DNA of 64,000 bases from a bacterium. Lineage in GTDB: Bacteria; UBA8248. Location: NCBI GenBank assembly GCA_965203325.1, contig OZ241875.1, positions 1,312,001 through 1,376,000 on the forward strand, given 5' to 3'. This document shows, piece by piece, positions 26,772-37,291 of the stretch. Within the stretch, counting starts at the first letter, position 1; each line of letters starts with the position of its first letter. The notes under the pieces were generated by a model. That model saw only the letters and a list, made by a program, of their open reading frames with translations, made no database searches and was not told the origin of the DNA. The position numbers and the translations under genes are program-made.

Positions 26772-28996
26772 GCTTTCGCCTCCTGCGCAACCGGGAGCGG
26801 GAGCTCGACGATGAAGGTGGCGCCCGCCCCCTCCCTGCTCTCGAAGTGGATGCCGCCGTCGTGCTCGGTGATGATTTGCCGGCTCAACACGAGGCCGAGG
26901 CCGGTCCCGTTCGCCTTCGTCGTGAAAAACGGCGTGAACAACGAGGCCTGATCCTCGCGGCTGATGCCTTCCCCGCTGTCCGATATACGGATGGCGAGAT
27001 GCCGGTTTTCGAGTTCCGTTTTCACCAGGAGGCGACCGCCGTCGGGCATTGCGTCGAAACCGTTCAGGATAAGGTTCTGAATCGCGACGCGCATTTGCGT
27101 TTCATCCAGGACGACCTCGGGGATGTCCCTTTCGAGTTCCTTTTCGACCTGGATTTTTCTGCTCGCCGCCACTTCCGCGTGCAGGTCCAGCAAATCCTCG
27201 ATCATTTCGTTGCAATTGACCGGCGTTCTCTCCAGACTGGGCATGCGCACGAATTTGAGATAATCGGCCGTCACCTGGCTGAGGATAGCCACCTCCGCCC
27301 TCACGGATTTGAGCAGCGCCCACGCCTCGGAGGTGTCCGCCTCCTGGAATTGCGACAACTCATCGCCGAGCAATTCCGCGCTCAGATTGATGGCCGAGAG
27401 AGGGTTGCGTATGGAATGCGCCACCTGCTCGCTCATCTTGCCGACGATCGAGAGCCTCTCGCTTTGGAGAACCTCTTTTTCGAGCGCTTTGCGCTCCGTC
27501 ACGTCCTTCAAATACAAAATCACCTGCAACGTTGCTCCCGAGGCGTCGAGAATCGGATAGGTATAGTATTCCATGGCCATCCGGCGCCCATCTTCCCATG
27601 AAATCGACTTTTCGAAAAAACCCGGCTCGCCGGTCGCGAACGTGTCGACCACGATGGCGCGCTCGACAAAAGACGCCGGCACCGGGGTGAGCGGCGATAT
27701 CTCCCATTTCTGATCCAGCAAATCGGACGTATCGCGCCCGAAGAGCCCGCCCATCGAGCGATTGAGCATCCGTATGCGGAAATCCTTGTCCAGAATGCCG
27801 ATGGCGTCCGTGATGCCGTCGAACAGCGCCTGAAGCCGCCTGTTGCTCTCGAACACCTGCTGGGACCAGATAATTCTGTCCTCGGCCCGTATGCGCCTGC
27901 GCTCACGGTCGAGTATCAAAAGAGCCGCCAGAACCAGGGCGATGAACCCGAAACCCGTCAACAGCCAGCCTTTTCGGAAAAGTCGTCCGATTAACCCGAC
28001 GAACTCGGTGGACGGCGCCGTGAGGGCGAAAGTCCATTTCTCGCCCCCTACCGGGAAGTTGCTGAATGCCGTCAGGTAACGCATGCGTTTTTCTTCATTC
28101 CCGGGTCTCAAGTCGAGGTGCCAGTCGAACCCTTTCACTTCTTTCTTCATCCGACCAACGAGTTTTTCGAGCCTCTCATCCTGCAGCTCACGCGCGAGGG
28201 TGGACAAATGAACGCCCTCCAGCCGCGGAATTCCCGGAGGGAGGATGATTCTGCCTTCGCCGTCCACGAGCCACGCCCGCTCGCGACCGCCCGATTGAAC
28301 GGGTTCGATGAAGGAACGCACCAGATTCGGCATGGCAATTCGCGCGTAGAGCCAGTCGCGTTTTCGCTGCGCCTCGGATCCTTCGGTCTCATCCCCGATT
28401 AACGCCACGGGGACAGCCGCGAACAGGGAGGAAACCCTTTGAGCATCATCGCGAATCACGATGATGCAGGCGCCCTGCGACAAGGAGCAGTTCGCAAGTT
28501 TTTCGAGTAATCCCTCGGGAATCGCGGCGATCTGCTGACCCGCTCCCTGCAGGTAGCCCAGTTCATTTACTTGAAACCCTCCGCCCAGCCTTTCATACAG
28601 CCCCATCATCACCGCCATACGTCCTGGATGATCGGGCTCGATGGTGCGCAGAAACCCCGCGCTGTAGCGCAAAGAGGCCGTGAGCGCCTCCAGAAAGGAG
28701 GCGATACGATCGCCGGCCTGCTCCACGAGAAGAAGCTGCCGGCGATTGGATCTTTCCTCTATCTCGATCTTGGTATCCACGTAGATGCGATAGGAAAGAA
28801 AACTCAATATCACTATCAACACGAACGTCGCGCCTATCGTGCAGTACTGGAACTTCCGGTTCGCCCGGCGTGAGCGGGCGATGCGCGAACGCGCCGAATC
28901 GCCGGTTTCATGGCTCGTCTCGTCGCGCGGCGGCGTCCGCCGCCCGAACCATCGCCTCCGTATGACTCGAAAGGCTCTCGTCCATGCGTTCGGCAT
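26768..28996 (-). CDS. Membrane sensor histidine kinase with periplasmic Cache-like and PAS domains
   Basis: Two TM segments; PAS ending in DVTERK; H-box AHSIRNPL; N, G1, F and G2 boxes; start position uncertain. Confidence 0.88.
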   Translation of the reverse strand: MPNAWTRAFRVIRRRWFGRRTPPRDETSHETGDSARSRIARSRRANRKFQYCTIGATFVLIVILSFLSYRIYVDTKIEIEERSNRRQLLLVEQAGDRIASFLEALTASLRYSAGFLRTIEPDHPGRMAVMMGLYERLGGGFQVNELGYLQGAGQQIAAIPEGLLEKLANCSLSQGACIIVIRDDAQRVSSLFAAVPVALIGDETEGSEAQRKRDWLYARIAMPNLVRSFIEPVQSGGRERAWLVDGEGRIILPPGIPRLEGVHLSTLARELQDERLEKLVGRMKKEVKGFDWHLDLRPGNEEKRMRYLTAFSNFPVGGEKWTFALTAPSTEFVGLIGRLFRKGWLLTGFGFIALVLAALLILDRERRRIRAEDRIIWSQQVFESNRRLQALFDGITDAIGILDKDFRIRMLNRSMGGLFGRDTSDLLDQKWEISPLTPVPASFVERAIVVDTFATGEPGFFEKSISWEDGRRMAMEYYTYPILDASGATLQVILYLKDVTERKALEKEVLQSERLSIVGKMSEQVAHSIRNPLSAINLSAELLGDELSQFQEADTSEAWALLKSVRAEVAILSQVTADYLKFVRMPSLERTPVNCNEMIEDLLDLHAEVAASRKIQVEKELERDIPEVVLDETQMRVAIQNLILNGFDAMPDGGRLLVKTELENRHLAIRISDSGEGISREDQASLFTPFFTTKANGTGLGLVLSRQIITEHDGGIHFESREGAGATFIVELPLPVAQEAKA

Positions 28997-29100
28997 CGGC
29001 TTCCCTCGAAAAGCGGCTTCTTTCGCTCAGCCCCGGCACCGGGTCTCAGGGTACGGGTTTCTAATTCGGGAAATCCCTTCCCCGCCCCGGCGCCGCGCGC

Positions 29101-29129
29101 TTGACAGAGGGAAAATCCCCCCATATCTT
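29101..29129 (+). promoter_or_regulatory. Sigma-70 promoter of hrcA
   Basis: TTGACA-N17-TATCTT. Confidence 0.8.
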
Positions 29130-29136
29130 GCACAAA

Positions 29137-29163
29137 TTAGCACTCCATGCGCCGGAGTGCCAC
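29137..29163 (+). promoter_or_regulatory. CIRCE operator (HrcA binding site)
   Basis: TTAGCACTC-N9-GAGTGCCAC versus consensus TTAGCACTC-N9-GAGTGCTAA, directly upstream of hrcA. Confidence 0.9.
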
Positions 29164-29207
29164 ACCAAAATTCAGCGCGAAAGACGCCTCAGCGGGAGAC
29201 TCGCGAA

Positions 29208-30260
29208 ATGGACGCCCTGGAACTTGCCCAGAGAAACCGGGAAATCCTGCGCGCCATCATCAACACTTTCGTGGACACGGGCGAACCCGTGGGGAGCCGC
29301 ACGCTCTCGAAACACGCGGACATCGCCTTGAGCCCCGCCACCATCCGGAACATCATGAGCGACCTGGCCGATGCGGGCTTCCTCACCAAGCCCCACGTCT
29401 CCTCGGGCAGGCTCCCCACCGACCTGGGCTACCGCGTCTTCGTCGACGATCTGATGGATTCTCACACCCTCACGAGCGAGGAGCAGGAATCCATGCGCCT
29501 GGGCGCTTCCGCACAGGCCGCCCAGATCGAACAGGTGCTCGCGCAGGCGACGCGCGTGCTATCGGAACTCACCAACACGGCGGGGCTCGTGCTCCTGCCC
29601 GCAGGCGAACAGCTCCACTTCAAGCACATCAACTTCGTGAAGATGTCGGAGGAAAAGACCCTGGCCGTCATCGTCTCCATGAGCGGGGTGGTGCAAAACC
29701 GCGTCATCCCGACCGAGACCCCCATGAGCCAGGACGAATTGAACAGGATATCGAACATGCTGAACGAGGAGTTCGGCGGCCTCGCCCTGAGAGAAGTGCG
29801 CGAGAAGATTATTCAGAAAATGGCCCATGCGCGCGATGACCTCGACATCCTCTACCGGCAGGCCCTCAAACTCAGCAAAGAGGCGCTCTCGGAAAGCGAA
29901 GCGGCGCAGGAATCCATTTTCGTCGAGGGGGCCTCGCGCGTGTTCTCGCAGCCTGATTTCGCCACCAACGCCGAAAAGCTCCAGACGCTCTACCGCACGT
30001 TCGAGGAGCGGGAAAAACTGGTGCGCCTGCTGGACAAGTGCCTGGAATCCTCGGACATCACCATTCTCATCGGTTCGGAGAACGATTTCGACGAGATGAA
30101 GGACTGCAGCGTCGTCGCCCAGCGCTACTATATGGACGACCGCCCGCTCGGCAGCATCGGCATCATCGGTCCCAAGCGCATGCGCTACGATCGCGCCGTA
30201 TCGCTGGTGGAATGGACGGCGGATTCGGTGTCGAAATTCCTCTCCTCGGGCGAGCGATAG
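29208..30260 (+). CDS. hrcA: Heat-inducible transcription repressor HrcA
   Basis: EPVGSRTL, SPATIRN.M.DL, PH.SSGR.PT..GYR, IGPKRM.Y. Confidence 0.95.
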   Translation: MDALELAQRNREILRAIINTFVDTGEPVGSRTLSKHADIALSPATIRNIMSDLADAGFLTKPHVSSGRLPTDLGYRVFVDDLMDSHTLTSEEQESMRLGASAQAAQIEQVLAQATRVLSELTNTAGLVLLPAGEQLHFKHINFVKMSEEKTLAVIVSMSGVVQNRVIPTETPMSQDELNRISNMLNEEFGGLALREVREKIIQKMAHARDDLDILYRQALKLSKEALSESEAAQESIFVEGASRVFSQPDFATNAEKLQTLYRTFEEREKLVRLLDKCLESSDITILIGSENDFDEMKDCSVVAQRYYMDDRPLGSIGIIGPKRMRYDRAVSLVEWTADSVSKFLSSGER

Positions 30261-30308
30261 ACGAACCGCGCTTTCCTCCCAGCTCCCCCCGGCGGAGGTC
30301 ATGATTCC

Positions 30309-31394
30309 TTGAAGATCGCCGACGCCCTGAAAATCCTTGGCCTGGAGAAAAACCCCTCGGGGTCCCGACTCAAAAGCGCCTACAAGAAACTGGCCCTGGA
30401 ATTCCATCCGGACAGAAACCCCGGCGACGCGGAAGCCGAAAGGCGCTTCAAAGAAGTCGTCATCGCCCACGAAATCCTCCAGAACCCGAAACGCCCAAGC
30501 CCCGGCGGGACGCCTCGGGGGCGGAAATCGGCGCGCCAAAGAGGCGAATACGAGGAAAAATGGGAGGACATTTTCTCCCATATCTTCCGGAGCGCGCGTG
30601 AACCGGGGGATGAGAAAAAACCCAAGTCTCGGGACTTGCACGCCCAGGTGGAGGTGACACTCGAGGAACTGACGCGGGACTCCGAAAAAGAGGTCTCCAT
30701 TTCGCGCCGTATTCGCTGCGCCTCATGCGAGGGTCGCGGCTTTGAGGCGGGAGCGCGGATGAGCGCCTGCCCGGCGTGTAAGGGCGCGGGCGAGGTTCGC
30801 TACAGGCAGGGACTCGCGGAGTTGTGGGTTCCCTGCTCGGCTTGTGATGGAAACGGTGCTCACACAGGTCTTGCATGCCGGGACTGTGGAGGAGAGGGTC
30901 GCGTTAGCAGGCGGGAGAACCTGAGAGTGACGATTCCCGCCGCGACCAGAGAGGGCGCTCAAATCAGGCTCAAGGGCAAGGGCGATGAGGAGGCGCGATC
31001 GGGTGAGGCGGGAGACCTCATCGTCACGGTGCGTGCGAAGCCGCACCCCCTCTTCCGAAGGGAGGGCAACAACATCCTCTTCGACCTGCCGGTGAGCATC
31101 TCCCAGGCCGCCCTCGGCCACGAAGCCCTCGCCCCCACGCTCCAGGACGCGCGAACGATCAAGATTCCCGCAGGAACCCAGTCGGGTCGGGTTTTCCGCC
31201 TGAAGGGAGAGGGGCTCTCGCCTGCAGGCGGACGCAACACGGGCGACCTGCTCATCCGCGTGATCGTCGAAACACCCACCAAGCTGAACGAGCGCCAGCG
31301 TGAAATTCTCGATGAGTTCCAGAAAATCTCCTCGCCGTCCACGCACCCGAGAACCCGGTCGTTTCTGGAGAAGATGAGAGGCCTTCTCGAATGA
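30309..31394 (+). CDS. dnaJ: DnaJ-family co-chaperone
   Basis: J domain with HPD; four CxxCxGxG repeats; C-terminal domain IPAGTQSG; TTG start. Confidence 0.88.
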   Translation: MKIADALKILGLEKNPSGSRLKSAYKKLALEFHPDRNPGDAEAERRFKEVVIAHEILQNPKRPSPGGTPRGRKSARQRGEYEEKWEDIFSHIFRSAREPGDEKKPKSRDLHAQVEVTLEELTRDSEKEVSISRRIRCASCEGRGFEAGARMSACPACKGAGEVRYRQGLAELWVPCSACDGNGAHTGLACRDCGGEGRVSRRENLRVTIPAATREGAQIRLKGKGDEEARSGEAGDLIVTVRAKPHPLFRREGNNILFDLPVSISQAALGHEALAPTLQDARTIKIPAGTQSGRVFRLKGEGLSPAGGRNTGDLLIRVIVETPTKLNERQREILDEFQKISSPSTHPRTRSFLEKMRGLLE

Positions 31395-31510
31395 GGGACC
31401 CGGGCCGCCTTGTTGCGCCCTGGAATTCCTGCTACATAACTCATCCAGAAATCGAATTTCACCGCACAATTCAGTATACCCCCGTACAAAAGACACAGGA
31501 GCATCCTACA

Positions 31511-32596
31511 TTGTCGAATCAAGCACATATCGATGAGTTCATCGAGAAGACACAAGCACTGAACGGCAAGCCCGTGCGCGAGCGCGAGGCGTGGAACAAC
31601 GAGGCGAGCGCCGACGCCATCCGCCATTTCGCCTACGGCATCGACGACGACAACCCGCTCTGGCTGGACGCCGGATACGCATCCGGCACATCTCACAAGC
31701 ACATCATGGCGCCGCCGGCGTTTCTGGTGTCGGTCCTATACCCGATTCTCCACGGCGCGCCCATGGAAGTGCCCCTCTCCTCCCTCATCGGGGGCGTGGA
31801 ATTCGAGTGGGAAAAACCCGTCTCCCAGGGAACCAGGCTGCGCGCGGAGTCGGTTCAGAAGGATTCGTTCGTCAAGACGAACAAGGCGGGCCGACAGCTC
31901 ATCTTCATCATCTCGGAGTGCACCTACTGGAACGAGGTGGATGAGGTCGTCGCCAGGGGCATCGGCACGATGATCAGGACTCTGCAGGAAGGGAACACGC
32001 TCCTCTACGAGAGGCCCGTCAAGAAGTACGACGAAGCGGAATTCGCAGAAATCGAAAACGCCTACCAGGCGGAGGAAAGAAGAGGGGGTGAGAAGCGCCG
32101 CTTCGCGGACGTATCCGTCGGCGATGAACTCCCGCCCATGCTCCGCGGCCCCCTCACCATCGGCGACATGGTGGCCTGGAACGCGGGCAACGGGCCCTCC
32201 TACAAGGCGGGCAGGCGCGGCTATCTCGACCTCAAAAAAGCGCCGCACAACGCCGTGCTTATCCCCCAGATCGGGATCCAGGTGAAAAACTCCCAGCAGC
32301 ACGAGGACTTCAACCTCGCTTCGGGGCGCGGGATGCCCGGACCGTTCGACAACGGCGTCATGCGCTTCGCCTGGGTGAGCCCCTTCATCACGAACTGGAT
32401 GGGAGACGACGCGTTCCTGAAGAATCTCTACGTCCAGGTGCGCCGCCCCATGATCTACGGCGACACCATCTGGCATAAGGGGGAGGTGGTCGAAAAAAAC
32501 GAGGCCGAGCGCACCGTGAAAGTGGAGATCACCGGAACCAACCAGGAGGGCGAGCTGGCGACGGCGGGCTCGGCCGTGGTCCGCCTGCCGGAGTAA
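31511..32596 (+). CDS. Double hot-dog MaoC-like dehydratase
   Basis: DAIRHFA.GI.D.NPLW, APP.F, second domain with QQHED and GDTI; AGGAG RBS before TTG 31511. Confidence 0.75.
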   Translation: MSNQAHIDEFIEKTQALNGKPVREREAWNNEASADAIRHFAYGIDDDNPLWLDAGYASGTSHKHIMAPPAFLVSVLYPILHGAPMEVPLSSLIGGVEFEWEKPVSQGTRLRAESVQKDSFVKTNKAGRQLIFIISECTYWNEVDEVVARGIGTMIRTLQEGNTLLYERPVKKYDEAEFAEIENAYQAEERRGGEKRRFADVSVGDELPPMLRGPLTIGDMVAWNAGNGPSYKAGRRGYLDLKKAPHNAVLIPQIGIQVKNSQQHEDFNLASGRGMPGPFDNGVMRFAWVSPFITNWMGDDAFLKNLYVQVRRPMIYGDTIWHKGEVVEKNEAERTVKVEITGTNQEGELATAGSAVVRLPE

Positions 32597-32609
32597 GTCG
32601 CGAGAGCCT

Positions 32610-33488
32610 GTGAAGAAAAAATGGCTCGAACTCATCATCGAGGTTTCTGAGACCCTGGCCGAGGACGCCGCCGCCGGGATACTGGCGGCGGGCGCTTCCG
32701 CCGTGGAGGAGCGAGAAGGCGCTGCGGGCGCATCCGTGCTCATCACGCACATCGCTTTTAAGGACGGCGCGACCAAAAAACTCCGCGCGATAGAGTCGCT
32801 CCTCGCCAACCTGGGCGTCGAGAAAAGCGCCATCACGTTAAAAAACATCGAAGATCAGGACTGGGTCGCCCGGTCGCGCGGTCATTTCAAGGGCGAAGCC
32901 TACGGGGAGAAACTCTGGGTGAGGCCGCCCTGGGATGAAGGCGAGACGCCGGACGGACGCGTCGAGTTGACACTGGAACCCGGCCTCGCCTTCGGCACGG
33001 GCAGACACCCTTCCACCCGCCTGGCTCTCCTCGCAATTGAGCGCCAATTCGCACGAAAACCTCCCGAGCGTATGGTGGACTTGGGCTGCGGTTCCGGCAT
33101 CCTGGGCGTCGCCGCCCTTCTCTATGGCGCAAACCACGTAACGGGGTTCGACCTCGACCCCAAAGCCGTGGAGGAGACCATCGCCCTAGCGGAGCGAAAC
33201 GGAGTGGGAGACCGCATGACGGCGCTGGGCACAACACTTGCGCCAACTGCGCTTGGAGAATGGTGGGGCCGGGTCGATTTCATCGCGGCGAACATTTTTC
33301 TGGATGCTCTCAGGGAACTCGCGTCGCCTATCCACGGAGCGCTCGCTCCTCGGGGCCGGGCCGTTCTCTCGGGAATCGGCTACGAGCAGGCCGAGTCTCT
33401 CGCCCGTATTTACGAAGAAGCCGGTTTCAAGGCCGAGAAAACGAACCGGATCGAGGAATGGGCGAGCATCGAGGTAATGAAACCATGA
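32610..33488 (+). CDS. prmA: Ribosomal protein L11 methyltransferase
   Basis: EPGLAFGTGRHPST, DLGCGSGIL, ANI, LSGI. Confidence 0.92.
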   Translation: MKKKWLELIIEVSETLAEDAAAGILAAGASAVEEREGAAGASVLITHIAFKDGATKKLRAIESLLANLGVEKSAITLKNIEDQDWVARSRGHFKGEAYGEKLWVRPPWDEGETPDGRVELTLEPGLAFGTGRHPSTRLALLAIERQFARKPPERMVDLGCGSGILGVAALLYGANHVTGFDLDPKAVEETIALAERNGVGDRMTALGTTLAPTALGEWWGRVDFIAANIFLDALRELASPIHGALAPRGRAVLSGIGYEQAESLARIYEEAGFKAEKTNRIEEWASIEVMKP

Positions 33489-34255
33489 CGCGCGACGGAC
33501 TGCGGCTTTTCTACATCGCTCCAGAGGCGGTTCAGGATGAGCAGGTCATCCTCGGAGCGGAGGAATCCGCGCACATACGCCGCGTGCTCAAGATGGGGGC
33601 GGGGGCGATCTGTCGCGCCGCGACCGAGGATGGCCAGGAATACAAGGTGGAACTTACCGAAATCTCCGCAAGCGAAACCACCGCCCGAATCATCGAGCGA
33701 CTGCCCGGAAGACCGCCCTCTCCCCTTTCGGTCGCCTTGGGCCTTCCCCTCCTCAAAGGAGAGCGCTTCGAGTGGGTACTCCAGAAAGGCTGCGAGCTGG
33801 GCGCCGATGCGTTCCATCCGCTCGCGCTCGAACGCTGTGAAGTCAGGATTCAGGAGAAAAGGCGTGCGGAGCGCCACAGGCGTTGGCGGCGCATCGTCCT
33901 GGAAGCCGCCAAGCAGTGCGACCGCGTGCCCCCGCCTGCTGCGCATCCACTCGGAGGGCTGGGAGGGTTTCTCGCCGCGACGGAGGATTTCGACCTCAAA
34001 CTAATGGGCTACCTGGGAGAAAATGCGCTTCCGGTCAAAGAGGCTTTATCACGCGAGACTGGAGGCAAAACCACCGGGCCCCTTCGCATCGCCATCCTGA
34101 CGGGTCCCGAGGGCGACCTCACGGACGAGGAAGCGGAAGGAGCGATGGATTGCGGTTTCCTGCCGGTATCCTTGGGTCCCCGGATCCTGCGCGCGGACAC
34201 AGCGCCTGTCTCGCTCCTCACCATTGTGCAGCACGCCCTGGGCGACATGGGCTGA
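33485..34255 (+). CDS. rsmE: 16S rRNA m3U1498 methyltransferase
   Basis: HIRRVL, QKGCELG, EAAKQC, GPEG, LGPRILRADTA. Confidence 0.92.
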   Translation: MTRDGLRLFYIAPEAVQDEQVILGAEESAHIRRVLKMGAGAICRAATEDGQEYKVELTEISASETTARIIERLPGRPPSPLSVALGLPLLKGERFEWVLQKGCELGADAFHPLALERCEVRIQEKRRAERHRRWRRIVLEAAKQCDRVPPPAAHPLGGLGGFLAATEDFDLKLMGYLGENALPVKEALSRETGGKTTGPLRIAILTGPEGDLTDEEAEGAMDCGFLPVSLGPRILRADTAPVSLLTIVQHALGDMG

Positions 34256-34331
34256 TGCGTCCAGATCGTTTGACACCTTTTTCGCGCCGCCTTAGGTTGT
34301 GGGCATCACTATTTTCTCACGGGAACATCCG

Positions 34332-35612
34332 ATGAAGGTCATCATTGTCGGCGGGGGCGGGCGCGAGCACACCCTGGCCTGGAAGCTCAGCCAAAGCCCG
34401 GACGTGGAGACGATAGTCTGCGCGCCCGGTAACGCGGGCACCGCGCGGGTCGGGCGGAATGTATCCGTCGGCGCGGAGGATATCGCTGGTCTCCTCTCGC
34501 TGGCGAAAGAAGAATCTCCGGGCCTGGTCGTCGTCGGCCCGGAAGCCCCTCTCGCCCTGGGGCTGGTGGATGAACTCGAAGCGCTCGGGGTTCCGGCGTT
34601 CGGTCCATCCGCCAAGGCCGCCCGCATCGAGGCGAGCAAGGCGTTCTCCAAGGCCCTGATGGACGAGGCGGGAATCCCCACCGCCGCCTACGGCGTCTTC
34701 GAGGATGCAGGCGCAGCCAGAGATTTCGTATCAGAGCGCGGCGGCGCGTGGGCGGTGAAAGCCGACGGTCTCGCCGCGGGCAAGGGCGTGCTCCTTTGCC
34801 CCGACGCCTCGAGCGCGCACGCGGCCATCGCGCAAATCATGGAGGAAAGAGCGTTCGGTGAGGCGGGCGCCACTTGCGTGGTCGAGGAATTCCTGGAAGG
34901 CGAGGAGGCGAGTTTTCTCGCGTTCGCGGACGGAGAAACCGCGCTCCCGATGGCTTCGGCGCAGGATCACAAGGCTATCGGCGAGGGCGACACCGGCCCC
35001 AACACGGGCGGCATGGGTGCTTATTCGCCTGCGCCCGTGCTCTCGGGCGCGTTAGAGGAACGCGCGCTCGAAACCGTGGTCAAGCCCGCCATCCGCGTCA
35101 TGGCGAAGCGGGGTACCCCCTACCGGGGGATTCTCTACGCCGGCCTCATGGTGCAGGGCGATGATTTGAAGGTGCTGGAATTCAACTGTCGCTTCGGCGA
35201 CCCCGAATGCCAGCCCCTGCTCACGCGCATGGAGGGGGACTTGCTGCCCGTCCTCATGGCGTGCGTCGAGGGGCGGCTGCATGAGACGAGCATCCGCTAT
35301 ACGCAAGACGCCGCCGTGTGCGTCGTCATGGCGGCGGGCGGCTACCCGGACGCCTACCGAAGGGGCGACGCGATACAGGGAATCGAGGATGCAGATGATC
35401 TTCCCGGCGTTCACGTCTTTCATGCCGGTACTGCCCTGAACGACTCGGGCGGCGTCGTGACCGCAGGCGGCCGCGTCCTGGGCGTCACGGCGCGCGGGCT
35501 GGACATCCGCGCCGCCATCGCGCGCGCCTATGAGGCGTGCGACCAGATTTACTGGGAAGACGTTTATTTCCGAAAAGACATCGGCGCCAAGGCTTTAAGG
35601 CGTCTCGGCTGA
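34332..35612 (+). CDS. purD: Phosphoribosylamine--glycine ligase
   Basis: GGGGREH, VKADGLAAGKGV, QDHK, GPNTGGMGAYSP, EFNCRFGDPE. Confidence 0.97.
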   Translation: MKVIIVGGGGREHTLAWKLSQSPDVETIVCAPGNAGTARVGRNVSVGAEDIAGLLSLAKEESPGLVVVGPEAPLALGLVDELEALGVPAFGPSAKAARIEASKAFSKALMDEAGIPTAAYGVFEDAGAARDFVSERGGAWAVKADGLAAGKGVLLCPDASSAHAAIAQIMEERAFGEAGATCVVEEFLEGEEASFLAFADGETALPMASAQDHKAIGEGDTGPNTGGMGAYSPAPVLSGALEERALETVVKPAIRVMAKRGTPYRGILYAGLMVQGDDLKVLEFNCRFGDPECQPLLTRMEGDLLPVLMACVEGRLHETSIRYTQDAAVCVVMAAGGYPDAYRRGDAIQGIEDADDLPGVHVFHAGTALNDSGGVVTAGGRVLGVTARGLDIRAAIARAYEACDQIYWEDVYFRKDIGAKALRRLG

Positions 35613-35634
35613 TCCGGCAGGCTCCCGGTTCCGC

Positions 35635-36741
35635 ATGCGCGCTCTCATCATCCTCATCGACGGGGGCGACCCCGCCTATTTCGAGGCCTCCCACACGCCG
35701 AACCTCGACAGAATCGAGAGCGAGGGGGCACGCTACACCGTCTCGTGCCAGATGCCCTCTGTCACCAACGTGAACAACGTCTCGATGATCTGCGGCGCGC
35801 CCCCCGCCGCGCACGGGATCACGGCCAACTATTTCCTGAACGCAGAGACGGGCGAGGAAGTCTATATGGAATCGGGGGATTTCGTTCTTGCGCCCACCCT
35901 CATGGAAACGGGCCGTAAGGCTGCGCGCAAGACCGCCGTCCTGGCGTCCAAGCAAAAGCTCTGCGACATGATCGGCAAGGGAGCGCGGACTGTCGTCACC
36001 GCGGAAGACCCGCCTGGGTGGCTCATCCAAAAAGCGGGCGCCCAGGAGAATATCTACAGTGGGGCCGTGAACCTCTGGCTCCTGCGGGCGGCGCGTGCGG
36101 TGCTCGAAGAGGAAAAACCGGACCTTCTCTACGTCACCACCACGGACTACATGCAGCACAAATACGGGCCTGAAAGCGAAGAGGCGCAGGCGCACCACGC
36201 CGCCCTCGATGCGGAAGTCGGAAGGCTCGTCGATAGCTGGCTTCGTATTCACAAGGACGGGGCGGTCTTCATCACCGCAGATCACGGGATGTGTGATAAG
36301 ACGCGGGCGCTCGACCCGGGCGTCATTTTGAGAGCTGGGGGCGTCGGCGCGGAAGCCGTTCCCATCATCAAGGACCGCTACGTCGTCCACCACGGAAACC
36401 AGGGCGGCGCGGCCTATGTCCACCTGGAAAACGAGAATTCACTTGCAGAGGCCGTCGCCATCCTCAAAGCGCATCCGGGAATTGACGATGCGCTTACGCG
36501 TCAGGAGGCCGCCGCGCGCTTCCAGTTGATGCCCGAGCGGGTGGGCGAGGTCATGGTGTTGGCGGACGCCGAGACCGTATTCGGCGTGATGGACGAGGCC
36601 GAACGCGAGGTCAGGCTCAGAAGCCACGGCTCGCTGCATGAGAGCATCGTGCCGCTATGGGCCCTGAACGCGCCTGGTTTCGCGCCGAACGAACCGCCCC
36701 GCCATTTCGACTGCGTCCGCTACCTGATGGAAAGACTGTAA
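35635..36741 (+). CDS. Alkaline phosphatase superfamily enzyme, phosphonoacetate hydrolase (PhnA)-like
   Basis: IDG, MPSVTNVNN (Thr nucleophile), TTDY.QHK, TADHG, RSHG. Confidence 0.75.
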   Translation: MRALIILIDGGDPAYFEASHTPNLDRIESEGARYTVSCQMPSVTNVNNVSMICGAPPAAHGITANYFLNAETGEEVYMESGDFVLAPTLMETGRKAARKTAVLASKQKLCDMIGKGARTVVTAEDPPGWLIQKAGAQENIYSGAVNLWLLRAARAVLEEEKPDLLYVTTTDYMQHKYGPESEEAQAHHAALDAEVGRLVDSWLRIHKDGAVFITADHGMCDKTRALDPGVILRAGGVGAEAVPIIKDRYVVHHGNQGGAAYVHLENENSLAEAVAILKAHPGIDDALTRQEAAARFQLMPERVGEVMVLADAETVFGVMDEAEREVRLRSHGSLHESIVPLWALNAPGFAPNEPPRHFDCVRYLMERL

Positions 36742-36778
36742 TACGGGACAGGTGAAGGCCGCGCGAATCGGACGCCCA

Positions 36779-37162
36779 TCACGGATTGCGCTTCACCCAC
36801 GGGAATTTCTCGTCGATGCCCGGCCAAATCTCGCGGATGGCGAAAAAACATATCGCTATCCAGATGGCGAGGCCGACGTCGAAGCCCTCGAGCACCCGCA
36901 CCATCCAGATGAAATCGAACACGCCCAGCACCAGGACCGAGAGATAACTACACCACGCAAACCCCCGCAGGGTCGCCAGCCCGAACAGGCCCAGGGCCGC
37001 TCCCGCCCCCAGCGTCGCCCAGCCGTAGCCCACCCTGCCCGGCTGGTTCGTATACATGGCGGACGCGGTGAAGACGATGAGCAACGCGCCGACCAGCAGC
37101 GTGGTCCTGGCCGCGCGCTGCGCGTCGAACACTCTCTCTTCACTTACGGGGGGTTCGTTCAT
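36779..37162 (-). CDS. Small integral membrane protein of unknown function
   Basis: About four hydrophobic segments; fills the gap between neighbouring genes. Confidence 0.6.
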   Translation of the reverse strand: MNEPPVSEERVFDAQRAARTTLLVGALLIVFTASAMYTNQPGRVGYGWATLGAGAALGLFGLATLRGFAWCSYLSVLVLGVFDFIWMVRVLEGFDVGLAIWIAICFFAIREIWPGIDEKFPWVKRNP

Positions 37163-37291
37163 CTTCTCTCGCTTTCCCTTCGGACGCCGCCCCGTGAGGT
37201 TACGCCATCCGCTCCTCGTTGCCTAGGCGCTCTCCCGTGTGTTGTAATCGCGTGGCTGAAATCCCATCCATTTATTTGAGGAGGACGCCCA

